Assembly: GCA_017479675.1 (NCBI GenBank)
Contig: JAFVBX010000074.1
Coordinates: 24,677-88,676 of the forward strand
Length of the DNA stretch: 64,000 nt
Reading direction: 5' to 3'
Origin: Prevotella sp.
Lineage (GTDB): Bacteria; Bacteroidota; Bacteroidia; Bacteroidales; Bacteroidaceae
Every line of letters starts with the position of its first letter. Position 1 is the stretch's first letter. The notes beneath the pieces were generated by a model that worked only from the letters and a program-made list of their open reading frames with translations, was not told the DNA's origin and did no database searches. This document shows positions 8,910 through 18,551 of the stretch, piece by piece. Position numbers and translations under genes: made by a program.

Positions 8910-9770
8910 ATGGAGAACAAGCATAAAAATAACGGACATGTAAGCTTAGATTTTGCTTTTTTGGAAGAAGCTAAGACAGCTACCCTAACCCCTAAGCAAA
9001 TAGTAAAGCCTGAAGCTAAGACTGGAGTTATACCTCAGGCCAAGGATAAAAAGGAGAAGAAGGAAATACCACCTCAGATAGATGATGTGGAGAAAGTGTT
9101 GAGGTGTAATGGAAAGGGACTTTATTTTTGGTGGGGAAAAAAAGATGAGGACGGGAAACCGATTACTACCCCGACAGGGAAAACCTCTAAAGAAATAATA
9201 CCTTTACGCATAGGTCGTTTATGGGTGGAGCGGAAAGATGGAAGTTTCTATTTAAATTTTTTTGTGAAGCCTAAACAGCAAATCCCTCTACAATCTGTTC
9301 AAATATCTGAACAAGAATACAATCAGTTTCTATCTACCGCCTCACTAAAAAAACGAATAAACATTTTGAGAAATCACGTAGATGGAGAAGTGTTTATAAG
9401 AAAATTTAAAAAAGATAAAGGTGTTTTTTTTCGTCTGGGTGAGGAAGACTGTAATCTTCTAAAAGAACTTACAGCCAAGACTGGTCTCTCCGAATCTGAT
9501 TTAATAATCAGCAGACTCTGGGGAACTATCCTGCATGAGGCGTTAACACCAGAAGAAAAAGCCAACCAAAAGAAACTATTGGGATTGGCGGACGAGATGA
9601 AGCAATTTGCCGTGGCTTTGGCGAATTACCTGAAAACGACTGGAGCCAAGGGTGCACAGCGTCTCGACTTTATTTTCAACAGTCAGCCTGGGACAGACTA
9701 CGCTAAGGCTATTTTGGAGGCTGCAAATCTAATAAAAAAATCAATAAAGAACAATAATAATGATAATTAA
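8910..9770 (+). CDS. MobC-like relaxosome accessory protein with N-terminal extension
   Basis: RHH-like segment VFFRLGEEDCNLLKELTAKTGLSESDLI; overlaps the relaxase start. Confidence 0.55.
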   Translation: MENKHKNNGHVSLDFAFLEEAKTATLTPKQIVKPEAKTGVIPQAKDKKEKKEIPPQIDDVEKVLRCNGKGLYFWWGKKDEDGKPITTPTGKTSKEIIPLRIGRLWVERKDGSFYLNFFVKPKQQIPLQSVQISEQEYNQFLSTASLKKRINILRNHVDGEVFIRKFKKDKGVFFRLGEEDCNLLKELTAKTGLSESDLIISRLWGTILHEALTPEEKANQKKLLGLADEMKQFAVALANYLKTTGAKGAQRLDFIFNSQPGTDYAKAILEAANLIKKSIKNNNNDN

Positions 9771-10914
9771 GACAACCCCCATAGGTAGCAAACATGGCGC
9801 AGGAGTCATCAGCTACGCAATGAACAAGGAGGAAGCACTGCTTGTAAAGATGCAACATCTACAATACACCAGCTTCGGCCCTCCTAATGACCATTCCGTT
9901 TTTGAGCAGATGAATCTGCACCAGAAACTCTCAGGGAAGAAGTGCAAAGAACCCTTTTTCCGTATCGAGGCGTGTCCTCCTCCCGATAAGACAGGAGAGT
10001 GGACGATGGAGGACTGGCAGAAACTATGCGATGACACCTTGAATGAACTGGCTGAACAAGGGATAGACCTAAGAGACAGCCAGCTGATATGCTACCTTCA
10101 CAGAGACTCTGGGAAACTGCACCTTCATATCATAGCCAGTCGCATAGATATGGACGGCAAGCTAATCAATTCCTGGCAATGCAAAAATAAGTCCATAGCT
10201 GCCGCCAACGCAATCGCCAAAGCTCATGGCTGGAGCCTGGCTGCAGAGGTAAAAAGTCCTGAGAGGAAAACTGAGATACGCAATGAGGCAATGGAAGTCC
10301 TTGCAGGCATGGAGAAATTCGACATTAAAGACTTCTTTGCCGAGATGCGTGCTCGTGGGTACATTATCCAGGACAGATGGTCGAAGGGGAAGTGCGTAGG
10401 CTACTCCATCGGAAAGGAGGATGGCGTCCTGTTCAAGTCCTCACAACTTACAGGGCGTGACCTTATGCCATCTCGTATCGAAGAAACATGGAAGAAACTG
10501 CATGTCACTCCGAAGGTGTTATATACTTACAATACAGATTATGACGGTCACATTCCTTTCTCTATTCCTAAGGTGCTGGATGATGTTATTCAGGAAGAAA
10601 TAGAAGTGCCAGACGAGCTGTACGACGATAGCGACCTCGATTGTGACGAGGACTGGGATGCCGAACTTGCCGACCGTCCACGTGTAGCGAGAGGAGCAGC
10701 AGCAATACTGGTGGGTCTGATGCTGCCAGATGGTAGCGATGGCGCAGCCGTTGGCGGTGGTGGCGGTGGCGTTCAAGGTGAACTGTCACGTTGGGATGGT
10801 CTGCCAGCAGAAAGGCAGGATGATTATATCGACTGGGCAAGGAGAGCTGCGCATGAAGCTAATGAGTATTACCATCCTAAGAAAGTGAGGAAACGTTGGG
10901 GGTGGAATAGATAA
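9760..10914 (+). CDS. Relaxase/mobilisation nuclease (MOBP-like)
   Basis: N-terminal Tyr (ISYAMNK), HRDSGKLHLHIIASRI 3H motif, Gly-rich linker and basic C-tail typical of Bacteroidales Mob proteins. Confidence 0.88.
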   Translation: MIIKTTPIGSKHGAGVISYAMNKEEALLVKMQHLQYTSFGPPNDHSVFEQMNLHQKLSGKKCKEPFFRIEACPPPDKTGEWTMEDWQKLCDDTLNELAEQGIDLRDSQLICYLHRDSGKLHLHIIASRIDMDGKLINSWQCKNKSIAAANAIAKAHGWSLAAEVKSPERKTEIRNEAMEVLAGMEKFDIKDFFAEMRARGYIIQDRWSKGKCVGYSIGKEDGVLFKSSQLTGRDLMPSRIEETWKKLHVTPKVLYTYNTDYDGHIPFSIPKVLDDVIQEEIEVPDELYDDSDLDCDEDWDAELADRPRVARGAAAILVGLMLPDGSDGAAVGGGGGGVQGELSRWDGLPAERQDDYIDWARRAAHEANEYYHPKKVRKRWGWNR

Positions 10915-10954
10915 TTAACACCACATAAAAATATATTTATATGGTGCATAAAAT

Positions 10955-11425
10955 ATGAAAACTATGGTTAAAGAAATGATTTTGAAGTGGTTGGGTCTCC
11001 AAGAGGAGATAGACCAGATGGTTAAAGAACGAAGTGAGAAAGTTACCAAGCAGCTCACAGAAGAGAAGGAGGCGGCTATAGCCGCACTATCGAAGCAACA
11101 CGGAGAAGAGATTGCTGCGCTAAAGAAGAAAATAAGTGATTCTTTAGAGGCTGCGGAGAAAGAAAAGAAGCAGTATGCTGCTCTTCAGGAAAGGTTAGAC
11201 AAATACAGAGAACTCGGCCAAAGGATTGCCCATAGTGGGCCAGGCAGACCCCGACTTAATCGTGTACCGTTCAACTTGCAGATTGATGGCGAGTTGAAAG
11301 AATCGATTGCGCTTCTGGAGCAAGTGGGTATAATTAAGCGTGGAGCGGTCACAGCCCACATCAATGAAGAGCTCTGGGCGTGGCTGAAACCTCTCCGAGA
11401 GCAACTTTTGGCAGAAGCAATGTGA
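10955..11425 (+). CDS. Hypothetical coiled-coil protein with a possible C-terminal DNA-binding segment
   Basis: Long E/K-rich helix followed by GPGRPR...FNLQID. Confidence 0.6.
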   Translation: MKTMVKEMILKWLGLQEEIDQMVKERSEKVTKQLTEEKEAAIAALSKQHGEEIAALKKKISDSLEAAEKEKKQYAALQERLDKYRELGQRIAHSGPGRPRLNRVPFNLQIDGELKESIALLEQVGIIKRGAVTAHINEELWAWLKPLREQLLAEAM

Positions 11426-11529
11426 ATGTTTATTCTTTTTCCCTTATGTCGGGCAAAGACAAAAATTCGGCTGTTTGTTTTGGAGAATCAATGATATTTA
11501 GTAATTTTGCAAAAAGATAAAATACAGGT

Positions 11530-11796
11530 ATGATAGACAAAGACATTATGTTGCCTAACGGCAAAACAGTGGCAGAAGCAGAGGAAGCTTCTCGTAAGAA
11601 GATAGAAGGTATATATCTGGAAACATGGAGGAAAGGACATCCTGTGCCTTTCTTTGATGGCGAGGGAAATATATACCTTGCTAATCCTGATGGAAGTGAG
11701 GATGAGGTAAGGCTTGACCGCCCTACAAGAACTTTCCATGTAAAGAGACGTATCGCTGCCCCAGGAAAGGGCAGAATGGCTTACCTTTTATCTTAA
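11530..11796 (+). CDS. Small protein, putative antitoxin partner of the zeta-like ATPase
   Basis: Own TAATTTTG promoter at 11502; stop overlaps the start of the next gene. Confidence 0.55.
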   Translation: MIDKDIMLPNGKTVAEAEEASRKKIEGIYLETWRKGHPVPFFDGEGNIYLANPDGSEDEVRLDRPTRTFHVKRRIAAPGKGRMAYLLS

Positions 11797-12749
11797 TGAC
11801 TATGAGAAGACCTGAATTTACAATAGTAGCAGGCCCCAACGGGGCTGGTAAGAGTAACCTGTCTTCATTATATGTTAAGACGGTTGCCTTTGATGGTGAC
11901 AATATGGCTCTGCAGTTGCGTAAAGAACACCCTGGCTGGCCTGAGGAATGGGTAAGTGGTACTGTTGCACAGGAACTGCAGAGACAGAAAGAGGATGCTC
12001 TGAACAATAACAAGGACTTTGCTTTTGAAACCAATTTCTCTACTGATATTGCAGAGAACATGGTAAAAGAGTTTAAGGAAAAAGGCTATAAGGTGTCTCT
12101 TTGCTATTTCGGACTTTCTTCAGTCAGGGATAGTATAACACGTGTTATTCAGAGGAAAATAGCAGGTGGGCATGACGTTGAAGAAAATGTCATAAGCTTT
12201 AACTTCTATGAAGGTATGAACAGGTGTCGTAAGTGTATTGACCTTTTCGACAACGTAACATTTATAGACAGTACAGAAAAGTATGGTACTATCGTTGCCA
12301 TACATATTGGTAACGGCGACATCCATAAAATAAGCCCTGCTGCTCCCGAATGGTTCAGAGATCAGTTCCAGGAGGTTTTTGAAGCATTGAAAGGAAAGTC
12401 TCAGACAGTCAATCAGACTGTAGGGGAAACTGTTCAGGTAGCGCAAGAAACCTCAATAGCTGAAACTGATACGCTCTTGAATGAAGCCGTACGGGCAGTA
12501 ATTGGGAGAATAACAGACAGTGGTTCAAGGGAATTCTCCGATGAACAGATTGAAGTCCTGGAAGATTTTAAGAGTGACGCAGAGAATGATAATATGCAAG
12601 AAAGGTTCGTAGAACTGTGGGAGAATGTTACAGCAGAGTTAGAAAGAAGAAGAGGCATCCCCAGACAATGGGTAGATGGTGCTCTGGACGAATTGAGAGA
12701 TTTCTGGAACGGAGAAGAATTGACACGTTCAAGAGGAATACATAGATAA
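11796..12749 (+). CDS. Zeta-toxin-family P-loop kinase/ATPase with C-terminal extension
   Basis: IVAGPNGAGKS, FAFETNFS and RVIQRKIAGGHDV motifs. Confidence 0.8.
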   Translation: MTMRRPEFTIVAGPNGAGKSNLSSLYVKTVAFDGDNMALQLRKEHPGWPEEWVSGTVAQELQRQKEDALNNNKDFAFETNFSTDIAENMVKEFKEKGYKVSLCYFGLSSVRDSITRVIQRKIAGGHDVEENVISFNFYEGMNRCRKCIDLFDNVTFIDSTEKYGTIVAIHIGNGDIHKISPAAPEWFRDQFQEVFEALKGKSQTVNQTVGETVQVAQETSIAETDTLLNEAVRAVIGRITDSGSREFSDEQIEVLEDFKSDAENDNMQERFVELWENVTAELERRRGIPRQWVDGALDELRDFWNGEELTRSRGIHR

Positions 12750-12754
12750 AGGTT

Positions 12755-12782
12755 AAAGGGGGTGCATCACTGCATCCCCTTT
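12755..12782. terminator. Intrinsic terminator closing the backbone
   Basis: AAAGGGGGTGCA-TCAC-TGCATCCCCTTT hairpin. Confidence 0.75.
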
Positions 12783-12814
12783 CCTGTTTATTAAAACCAA
12801 TGAAGAAATTTTTG

Positions 12815-12970
12815 CTAAATTTCTATGTCACCATCTGTACAGTGGATAACTGTAATAGCTGATTTAGAATTCCATGCATGATAATAATTACTCTCTGGGC
12901 TTTTATTGATGGCATTCCACTGTTGCATTGTACCACCATAATTTATCGAAGTAAGTGAGGAACATCTGTA
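12815..12970 (-). pseudogene. Orphan C-terminal remnant of a BspA-like leucine-rich-repeat (LRR) protein
   Basis: Manual translation YRCSSLTSINYGGTMQQWNAINKSPESNYYHAWNSKSAITVIHCTDGDIEI*; in-frame stop at ~13007 upstream and no N-terminus. Confidence 0.75.
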
Positions 12971-13221
12971 GTATCTGTAAATCGTTCTATACCAGTTGTT
13001 TATGTGTTAAATGGTAGAAAAGTGACGATGAGGATTATGTAGAGGATAAAAATGTTGGAGATTTAACGTTTTTAACTTCTTGTAACGTGATGCGAATTCA
13101 ACAAGCAAGTGCAAATTTACAATGAAGAAAAAAAACTATGCTAATGGAATTGAGCAGTTGGATTTCTATATTGGTTGCAAACTTATTAAAACAAGTACAG
13201 ACAGGAATGTAAATATACTAA

Positions 13222-13269
13222 GACAACAGCAGTTATAATCAATTGTCATTGAATATAACTGCTGTTGTC
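13222..13269 (-). terminator. Hairpin downstream of the rha operon
   Basis: GACAACAGCAGTTATA...TATAACTGCTGTTGTC. Confidence 0.65.
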
Positions 13270-13333
13270 GATAATTTGTCTTTGTATTGTTATGTAAAAT
13301 CGGCGCTATACCTGTATTTTTACATATTCTTTT

Positions 13334-14155
13334 TTAATTGAGACGTTTCTTAGGGAGGTTGAAGACATCTTGTACTTCCTTCATCTGGGCTGCTGTCATG
13401 CCATCGGGCTCTGAACCCATGTTGCGGGCACACATATAGATGTTGGCTGCTTTGCAGAGCACATCGGTCTGGTCGAAGGCATCCATAATGTCCTTGCCTA
13501 CTGCTACGGTGCCATGCTTTTCCCATAGCACTACGTCGTGGGTCTTTATCTGTTCGAGTGTAGCCTGTGCCAGTTCCACTGATGATGGCAATGCGTAAGG
13601 CACGATGCCGATGCCGAGTGGCGCAAAGGCGAGTGTCTCAGGAATCATTGACCACAATACGCGAGTCATCTCATCACCCTTCAGGAAACGCTGGATATGA
13701 CTCATGGCCACGAGTTCGATGGGGTGAGTATGCAGTGTTGCCTTATAGCAAGAACCTGTTTCGAGCAGGTAATTCTGCAAAGCAAGGTGTGTGGGCAACT
13801 CCGAGGTAGGAGCTACTGGGTTATCGGCTATAATCTCATACGAAGCGCAATCATCGCAGATACGTATGATAGAACCATTCTGCATGGGCTCACGAGCAAG
13901 GTCGCGCATGCGCTTGCCATTACCTTTACAGAAGAAATACTTACCCTTCAGATGAGGCAGAGTCATACCTATCTGACGTGCTGGCATCAGCGCTGGCAAT
14001 GCCTTGCACTCATCGTCCATAAACTCTGTGACATTGACGGTGATGTTGCCGCCATTGCGTTCTGCCCAGCCTTTTTGCCAGAGATAGCCAGTCACTTCAG
14101 CTATCTGATATACTACGTCCTTCAGTGCTGGACGACCTTCTAAAATACTTTTCAT
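13334..14155 (-). CDS. rhaD: Rhamnulose-1-phosphate aldolase
   Basis: GWAERNGGN, PTSELPTH, HTHP and WEKHG class II aldolase motifs; ATG 14155 preferred over TTG 14167. Confidence 0.93.
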   Translation of the reverse strand: MKSILEGRPALKDVVYQIAEVTGYLWQKGWAERNGGNITVNVTEFMDDECKALPALMPARQIGMTLPHLKGKYFFCKGNGKRMRDLAREPMQNGSIIRICDDCASYEIIADNPVAPTSELPTHLALQNYLLETGSCYKATLHTHPIELVAMSHIQRFLKGDEMTRVLWSMIPETLAFAPLGIGIVPYALPSSVELAQATLEQIKTHDVVLWEKHGTVAVGKDIMDAFDQTDVLCKAANIYMCARNMGSEPDGMTAAQMKEVQDVFNLPKKRLN

Positions 14156-14202
14156 AATATCTTTCAACTTTAAACTCTAAACTTTAAACTCTAAACTTTA
14201 TA

Positions 14203-15534
14203 TTAGTACCCCTCACCGTAACGTTCTTTGACGATATCATCGAGAGAACGTCCACGAGTGTTAGGCATGCCAATAAGACCCACGATGAGAGAAATTAGGA
14301 GCAGTGCAACCATGCAGTAAGCTGCAAGGGTGAAACCTTCACCATTCTCACCATATATAAAGGTGAAGATCAATCCCCACAGTGCTGAGAGTCCACGTAC
14401 GAGGAAGAACATGAAACCTTGAGCGCCAGCACGGAACTTGGCAGGGAAGAGTTCAGAGCCCCACAGGGCATAGAATACCTGTACGGAAGAGCCGTTATTG
14501 ATGCCCCATAGTATGGTGAAGAGCCATATTCCGCCAATGGTCTGCACACCGCCACCGATGATGAGTAACCATGCCGTCAATGCCGCCGCCAATCCAAAGA
14601 TATAGAAGAAGCGGTGCGTCACCTTGTCAACAAAGAACGAGATAATAAACGTTGTCACAACCACGAATACCCAACTGATGCAACTTAGCATATTAGCCTG
14701 TTCGTTGTCAAGTCCTCCAGCAGTTTCATAAATATGTGGCATAAAGAATCCCATCACAGATGCCACAAGATTCCACGTGAGGTATATTGCGGCAAGGAAT
14801 GCTACGGTCTTCACGGCTGTCTTGTTGGTGAAAAGCAGTTTGATATTATCCATAATGCTGCTCTTATCCTTCGCCTTGTTAGCAGTAAACTCGGCACTCT
14901 CCTCAAGTTGGCGTTGCAGGTTCCATGCTATGAAAGCTACGATGAACAGCGTGAGGAATACCACACGTGAACTGAACACCCTGACCGCCTCTTCTGAAGC
15001 GTCAGCACCAAGGAACAGGCCAGCCAAACTCTCCACAGGACCATACCATGCACCACCTGGTGCAAAGAGCATGCCGAAAAAGAGTATGACCATAGGTCCG
15101 ATGCCCCACGACATCTGCGAGATACAGATATTGCGACCGCGATTGTTTACTTCAGAGCTCTCAGAGATATATGTCCATGAGGCTGGTACACCGATGCCCA
15201 CAGAGATGCCAGTAACGAGGAATCCGCACAGAAGCATTGGGAAATTGTAGCTGAGCATAATGATGAGCACACCTGTCATATAGACCAACAGGTTATACGT
15301 GAAGATAAATTTGCGACCAAACCTGTCGGCAAGGAAGCCACCGATGATGGCACCGATAGCAGCTCCAAGTGCATTGGCACTGAGGGCATTGAGCCATCCC
15401 AGATGCATCTCACTCAGTCCAAGATAGTTTTGCCACAGGGTGACACCACTGGCGCCTGCCACGATGGCACCTGCGTCGAGATAATTATTGAGAGACACTG
15501 CGATAGTGCTCTTCAAAGAACCGTTGTTTGCCAT
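14203..15534 (-). CDS. MFS sugar transporter, putative rhamnose permease
   Basis: About 12 hydrophobic segments, LADRFGRK and ELFPAKFRA sugar-porter motifs; lies inside the rha operon. Confidence 0.85.
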   Translation of the reverse strand: MANNGSLKSTIAVSLNNYLDAGAIVAGASGVTLWQNYLGLSEMHLGWLNALSANALGAAIGAIIGGFLADRFGRKFIFTYNLLVYMTGVLIIMLSYNFPMLLCGFLVTGISVGIGVPASWTYISESSEVNNRGRNICISQMSWGIGPMVILFFGMLFAPGGAWYGPVESLAGLFLGADASEEAVRVFSSRVVFLTLFIVAFIAWNLQRQLEESAEFTANKAKDKSSIMDNIKLLFTNKTAVKTVAFLAAIYLTWNLVASVMGFFMPHIYETAGGLDNEQANMLSCISWVFVVVTTFIISFFVDKVTHRFFYIFGLAAALTAWLLIIGGGVQTIGGIWLFTILWGINNGSSVQVFYALWGSELFPAKFRAGAQGFMFFLVRGLSALWGLIFTFIYGENGEGFTLAAYCMVALLLISLIVGLIGMPNTRGRSLDDIVKERYGEGY

Positions 15535-15584
15535 TTCTTTTCGTTATATCGTTATTACGTTATTGCGAAATATCGTTATTGCGA

Positions 15585-17015
15585 CTAACGACAAACGATA
15601 TCCACTTCAACATTAAAAATCTTTGCAACCTTGAGTATGGTGTCGATGTGACGACCTACTGCAGCTGCCATGTGGTGGGTAGGACCAGCCTCGCTCCAAC
15701 GATTGCAGAACTCGCGGGCTCCGATAGAGAAGCGTGTGCGCATATTGGTGTCGCCAAAGGTGAAGATAGGTCCATCCTCGTTGACGCCCTCAGCAACGAC
15801 AAACTTAAATACTCCATTCTTGTCCTGCGTGATACCCAGATAGGTTACATCGCCCGTAGGAGGATAGAACTGCGTGAGATAGCCACCACCACTCTTGCCG
15901 TGGAACACTGGGACTATCTTCATCGTAGGTTTCTTAGCTTGCGAGATGTCGAAGTCGCCTGAACCAGAATGGCCTATGATGCAGATATCCTCGTTGAAAT
16001 CGATGGAATACATCTCTGACAGTGTGCCAGTACCACTGATGGTCTTGAGGATTGACATAGCCATAGCAACCTTCATATCGCCCTCCACAGCACATGCTGT
16101 ATGTTGCTTTATGAGCATGGAGAAGGCTGGTATGAGCATAGAGTCGAGTTTGCCTGCCACTCCCTGTGCAAAACCATCATAGTGTGAGGCGATGAGTCCG
16201 AGTTGCTCATCCTTCACCCATTGTTCGAAAGCTACCACATAGCGTGCCATATCCCACACCTTCTCTACGGTGCCTCCATCCTCTATGTCGAAGGTGGCAA
16301 GAATATCCTCTGCCTTAGCACGGATAGCAGCCTCGTCAGTGATATTATCAGCGATAGCCCACATCTTTTCCCAATCCAACTGCTTGGTATAGAGCCACAT
16401 GCGATGGTAGAGGTTGGTCTCATCGATGTAGAGGTCCATCATACCAGGATAAGGACGACCTATCTGTGCGATGTTGGTATCGCGGAAGCGACGGCGCACC
16501 TGAGCGGCTCTGCACCAGTCTTCTATTTCAGCCTGCACCTGTGGGTCGCCACCTTCCACCACACCAGTGATGACGGCATGGCGCTTGCCAGCACGCTCAA
16601 GGTCGGCAACCATTTCGCCCACAGCACCGCATGCATAGAGTTCGCCGAGCCATGTGGGTATATCGGTGTTAGCATAATCTGGTGCCTTCTTCTTCTGCAC
16701 GTTAACCAATACGACAGGTACGTCGAGGTCGCGAACAGCAGGCAACATATTATAAGAGGTGGCATAGGTGAGCAGCTGCAGAATGACGAGGTCAACGTCA
16801 GCAGCGCGGAACTTATCGCCAGCTGCCTGTGACTGTTCCTTGGTGGTCACCATGCCTCCGTCTATAATCTCTACGGTGCTGGGCAGTGTCTTTTTGAAAG
16901 CTTCATACTGTGCCTGAAATTCAGGAACGAGGGTTGGAAACTGTGGTAGGTATGCCCCTAGTGCTATTGAGAATACGCCTACCCTTGCCTTTGTTTCTAC
17001 TAATGGTTTGCTCAT
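15585..17015 (-). CDS. L-arabinose/L-fucose isomerase-family protein
   Basis: AVEGD, SEMY, IGHSG and GPTHH metal-site pattern of the AraA/FucI fold; no RhaA xylose-isomerase-barrel motifs seen. Confidence 0.8.
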   Translation of the reverse strand: MSKPLVETKARVGVFSIALGAYLPQFPTLVPEFQAQYEAFKKTLPSTVEIIDGGMVTTKEQSQAAGDKFRAADVDLVILQLLTYATSYNMLPAVRDLDVPVVLVNVQKKKAPDYANTDIPTWLGELYACGAVGEMVADLERAGKRHAVITGVVEGGDPQVQAEIEDWCRAAQVRRRFRDTNIAQIGRPYPGMMDLYIDETNLYHRMWLYTKQLDWEKMWAIADNITDEAAIRAKAEDILATFDIEDGGTVEKVWDMARYVVAFEQWVKDEQLGLIASHYDGFAQGVAGKLDSMLIPAFSMLIKQHTACAVEGDMKVAMAMSILKTISGTGTLSEMYSIDFNEDICIIGHSGSGDFDISQAKKPTMKIVPVFHGKSGGGYLTQFYPPTGDVTYLGITQDKNGVFKFVVAEGVNEDGPIFTFGDTNMRTRFSIGAREFCNRWSEAGPTHHMAAAVGRHIDTILKVAKIFNVEVDIVCR

Positions 17016-17057
17016 ATTGTTTTAGTTTTTAGGTTTTGTAATGTCTTTTATCTCCTT

Positions 17058-18551
17058 CTAACTCCTTCTATCTTCTTCTGTCTCCTTCAACTTTAATATT
17101 CCCAGATATCGCTGGTAAGCAGCCTCCCACTCTTCCTTATCCGTAGGATGGAAAGCCTTAAGTTCAAGACTGTTGGCAATGATGCGACGCATATCCCAGA
17201 TATCAGAGACTTCACCCGCAGCCTTCGCCTGTACCATTATATTACCCAGGGCTGTACCCTCCTGCGGTCCTGCGAGCACCTCGATGCCGAGGCTGTTGGC
17301 AGTGAACTGGTTAAGATATGCATTGAGAGAACCTCCACCAATGATATGCAGCACATCGATAGGGAATGCACCAAACTCGGTGAGATAACCAAACACCTGA
17401 CGATAGCGCAGTGCCAGCGACTCAAAGATACAGCGGCAGGTTTCTGCATAGCCCTCTGGAACGTGTTGATCTGTCATGCGACAGTATTCCTTTATCGCCT
17501 CCACCATCGATGTGGGGTTGGCAAACATCTCATCGTCAGGATTTATAATGCTTTGGAAGGCAGGCTGTTTCATTGCCTCGGCCTGCAGTTCAGGGTGCGA
17601 CTTGGGGGCATCGGTCCACTCCTTGCGACAACGTTCGTATATCCACATGCCACAGATATTCTTCAGGAAGCGTGTGGTACCCTCTATGCCACCCTCATTG
17701 GTAAAGTTGCGCTCGTATGAGAGGTTGTTGATTATGGCATCCTTGGTCTCAATACCCATCAGCGACCATGTGCCACTGGATAGGTAGGCGAAATTCTCAT
17801 TCTTAGCAGGAACAGCAGCTACGGCACTGGCAGTGTCATGACCAGCAACAGCCACTACAGGTATAGCACCTAAGCCTGTCATCGCCTGCACTTCTGAGGT
17901 CAGCGTACCAATGAATTCGCCTGGCATCACTATGCGTCCAAACTTAGACTGTGACAGTCCGACAGAAGCCAAGAGGCGTGGGTCAAGCTGTTTTGTGCAT
18001 GGGTCCAGCAACTGCGCTGTTGATGCTACGGTATATTCACACACCATATTGCCCGTGAGCATATAGCTGAGTGCATCGGGGATAAAGAGCAACTTCTGCG
18101 CATTTGCCAGTGCACTGTTCTCAGCGCGCTGCATGGCATAGAGTTGATATAGGGTGTTGAAATTCAGGAATTGTATGCCTGTGGTGTTATACACCTGTTC
18201 GCGACTCATCACGTTCTCCAGATAGTCGTTCATGGCATCAAAGGTGTGCGGATCGCGATATGATATGGGTTGGCTGATAATGCCGTCATCAGCCACGCAT
18301 ACAAAATCCACGCCCCATGTGTCTATGCCGATACTGGTGATGTTGAGGTTGCGTTGTTTAGCAACCTTCAGTCCCTTGATAATTTCATTATACAGGGCAT
18401 ATATGTCCCAGAAGAAATGGCCTGACACCTGTATAAGGTTATTATCAAAACGTGTCAGTTCTTCAAGTATGATTTTGCCTTCTTTTAGGTTACCAATTAT
18501 CGTTCTGCCACTGGTGGCGCCGAGGTCTACGGCGAAATAGCATGTACCCAT
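17058..18551 (-). CDS. rhaB: Rhamnulokinase (FGGY family)
   Basis: AVDLGATSGR, IDTWGVD, GHDTASA, SSGTWSL and FTNEGG motifs. Confidence 0.92.
   Translation of the reverse strand: MGTCYFAVDLGATSGRTIIGNLKEGKIILEELTRFDNNLIQVSGHFFWDIYALYNEIIKGLKVAKQRNLNITSIGIDTWGVDFVCVADDGIISQPISYRDPHTFDAMNDYLENVMSREQVYNTTGIQFLNFNTLYQLYAMQRAENSALANAQKLLFIPDALSYMLTGNMVCEYTVASTAQLLDPCTKQLDPRLLASVGLSQSKFGRIVMPGEFIGTLTSEVQAMTGLGAIPVVAVAGHDTASAVAAVPAKNENFAYLSSGTWSLMGIETKDAIINNLSYERNFTNEGGIEGTTRFLKNICGMWIYERCRKEWTDAPKSHPELQAEAMKQPAFQSIINPDDEMFANPTSMVEAIKEYCRMTDQHVPEGYAETCRCIFESLALRYRQVFGYLTEFGAFPIDVLHIIGGGSLNAYLNQFTANSLGIEVLAGPQEGTALGNIMVQAKAAGEVSDIWDMRRIIANSLELKAFHPTDKEEWEAAYQRYLGILKLKETEEDRRS

Noticed and set aside
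4453-12749. Prophage or self-transmissible ICE
   Set aside because: No capsid, terminase or tail genes and no tra/T4SS or coupling-protein genes lie between the att sites.
12797-12809. CCAATGAAGAAAT shared with the region before the xis-like gene (7154)
   Set aside because: A single AT-rich 13-mer match with no further similarity; could be chance.
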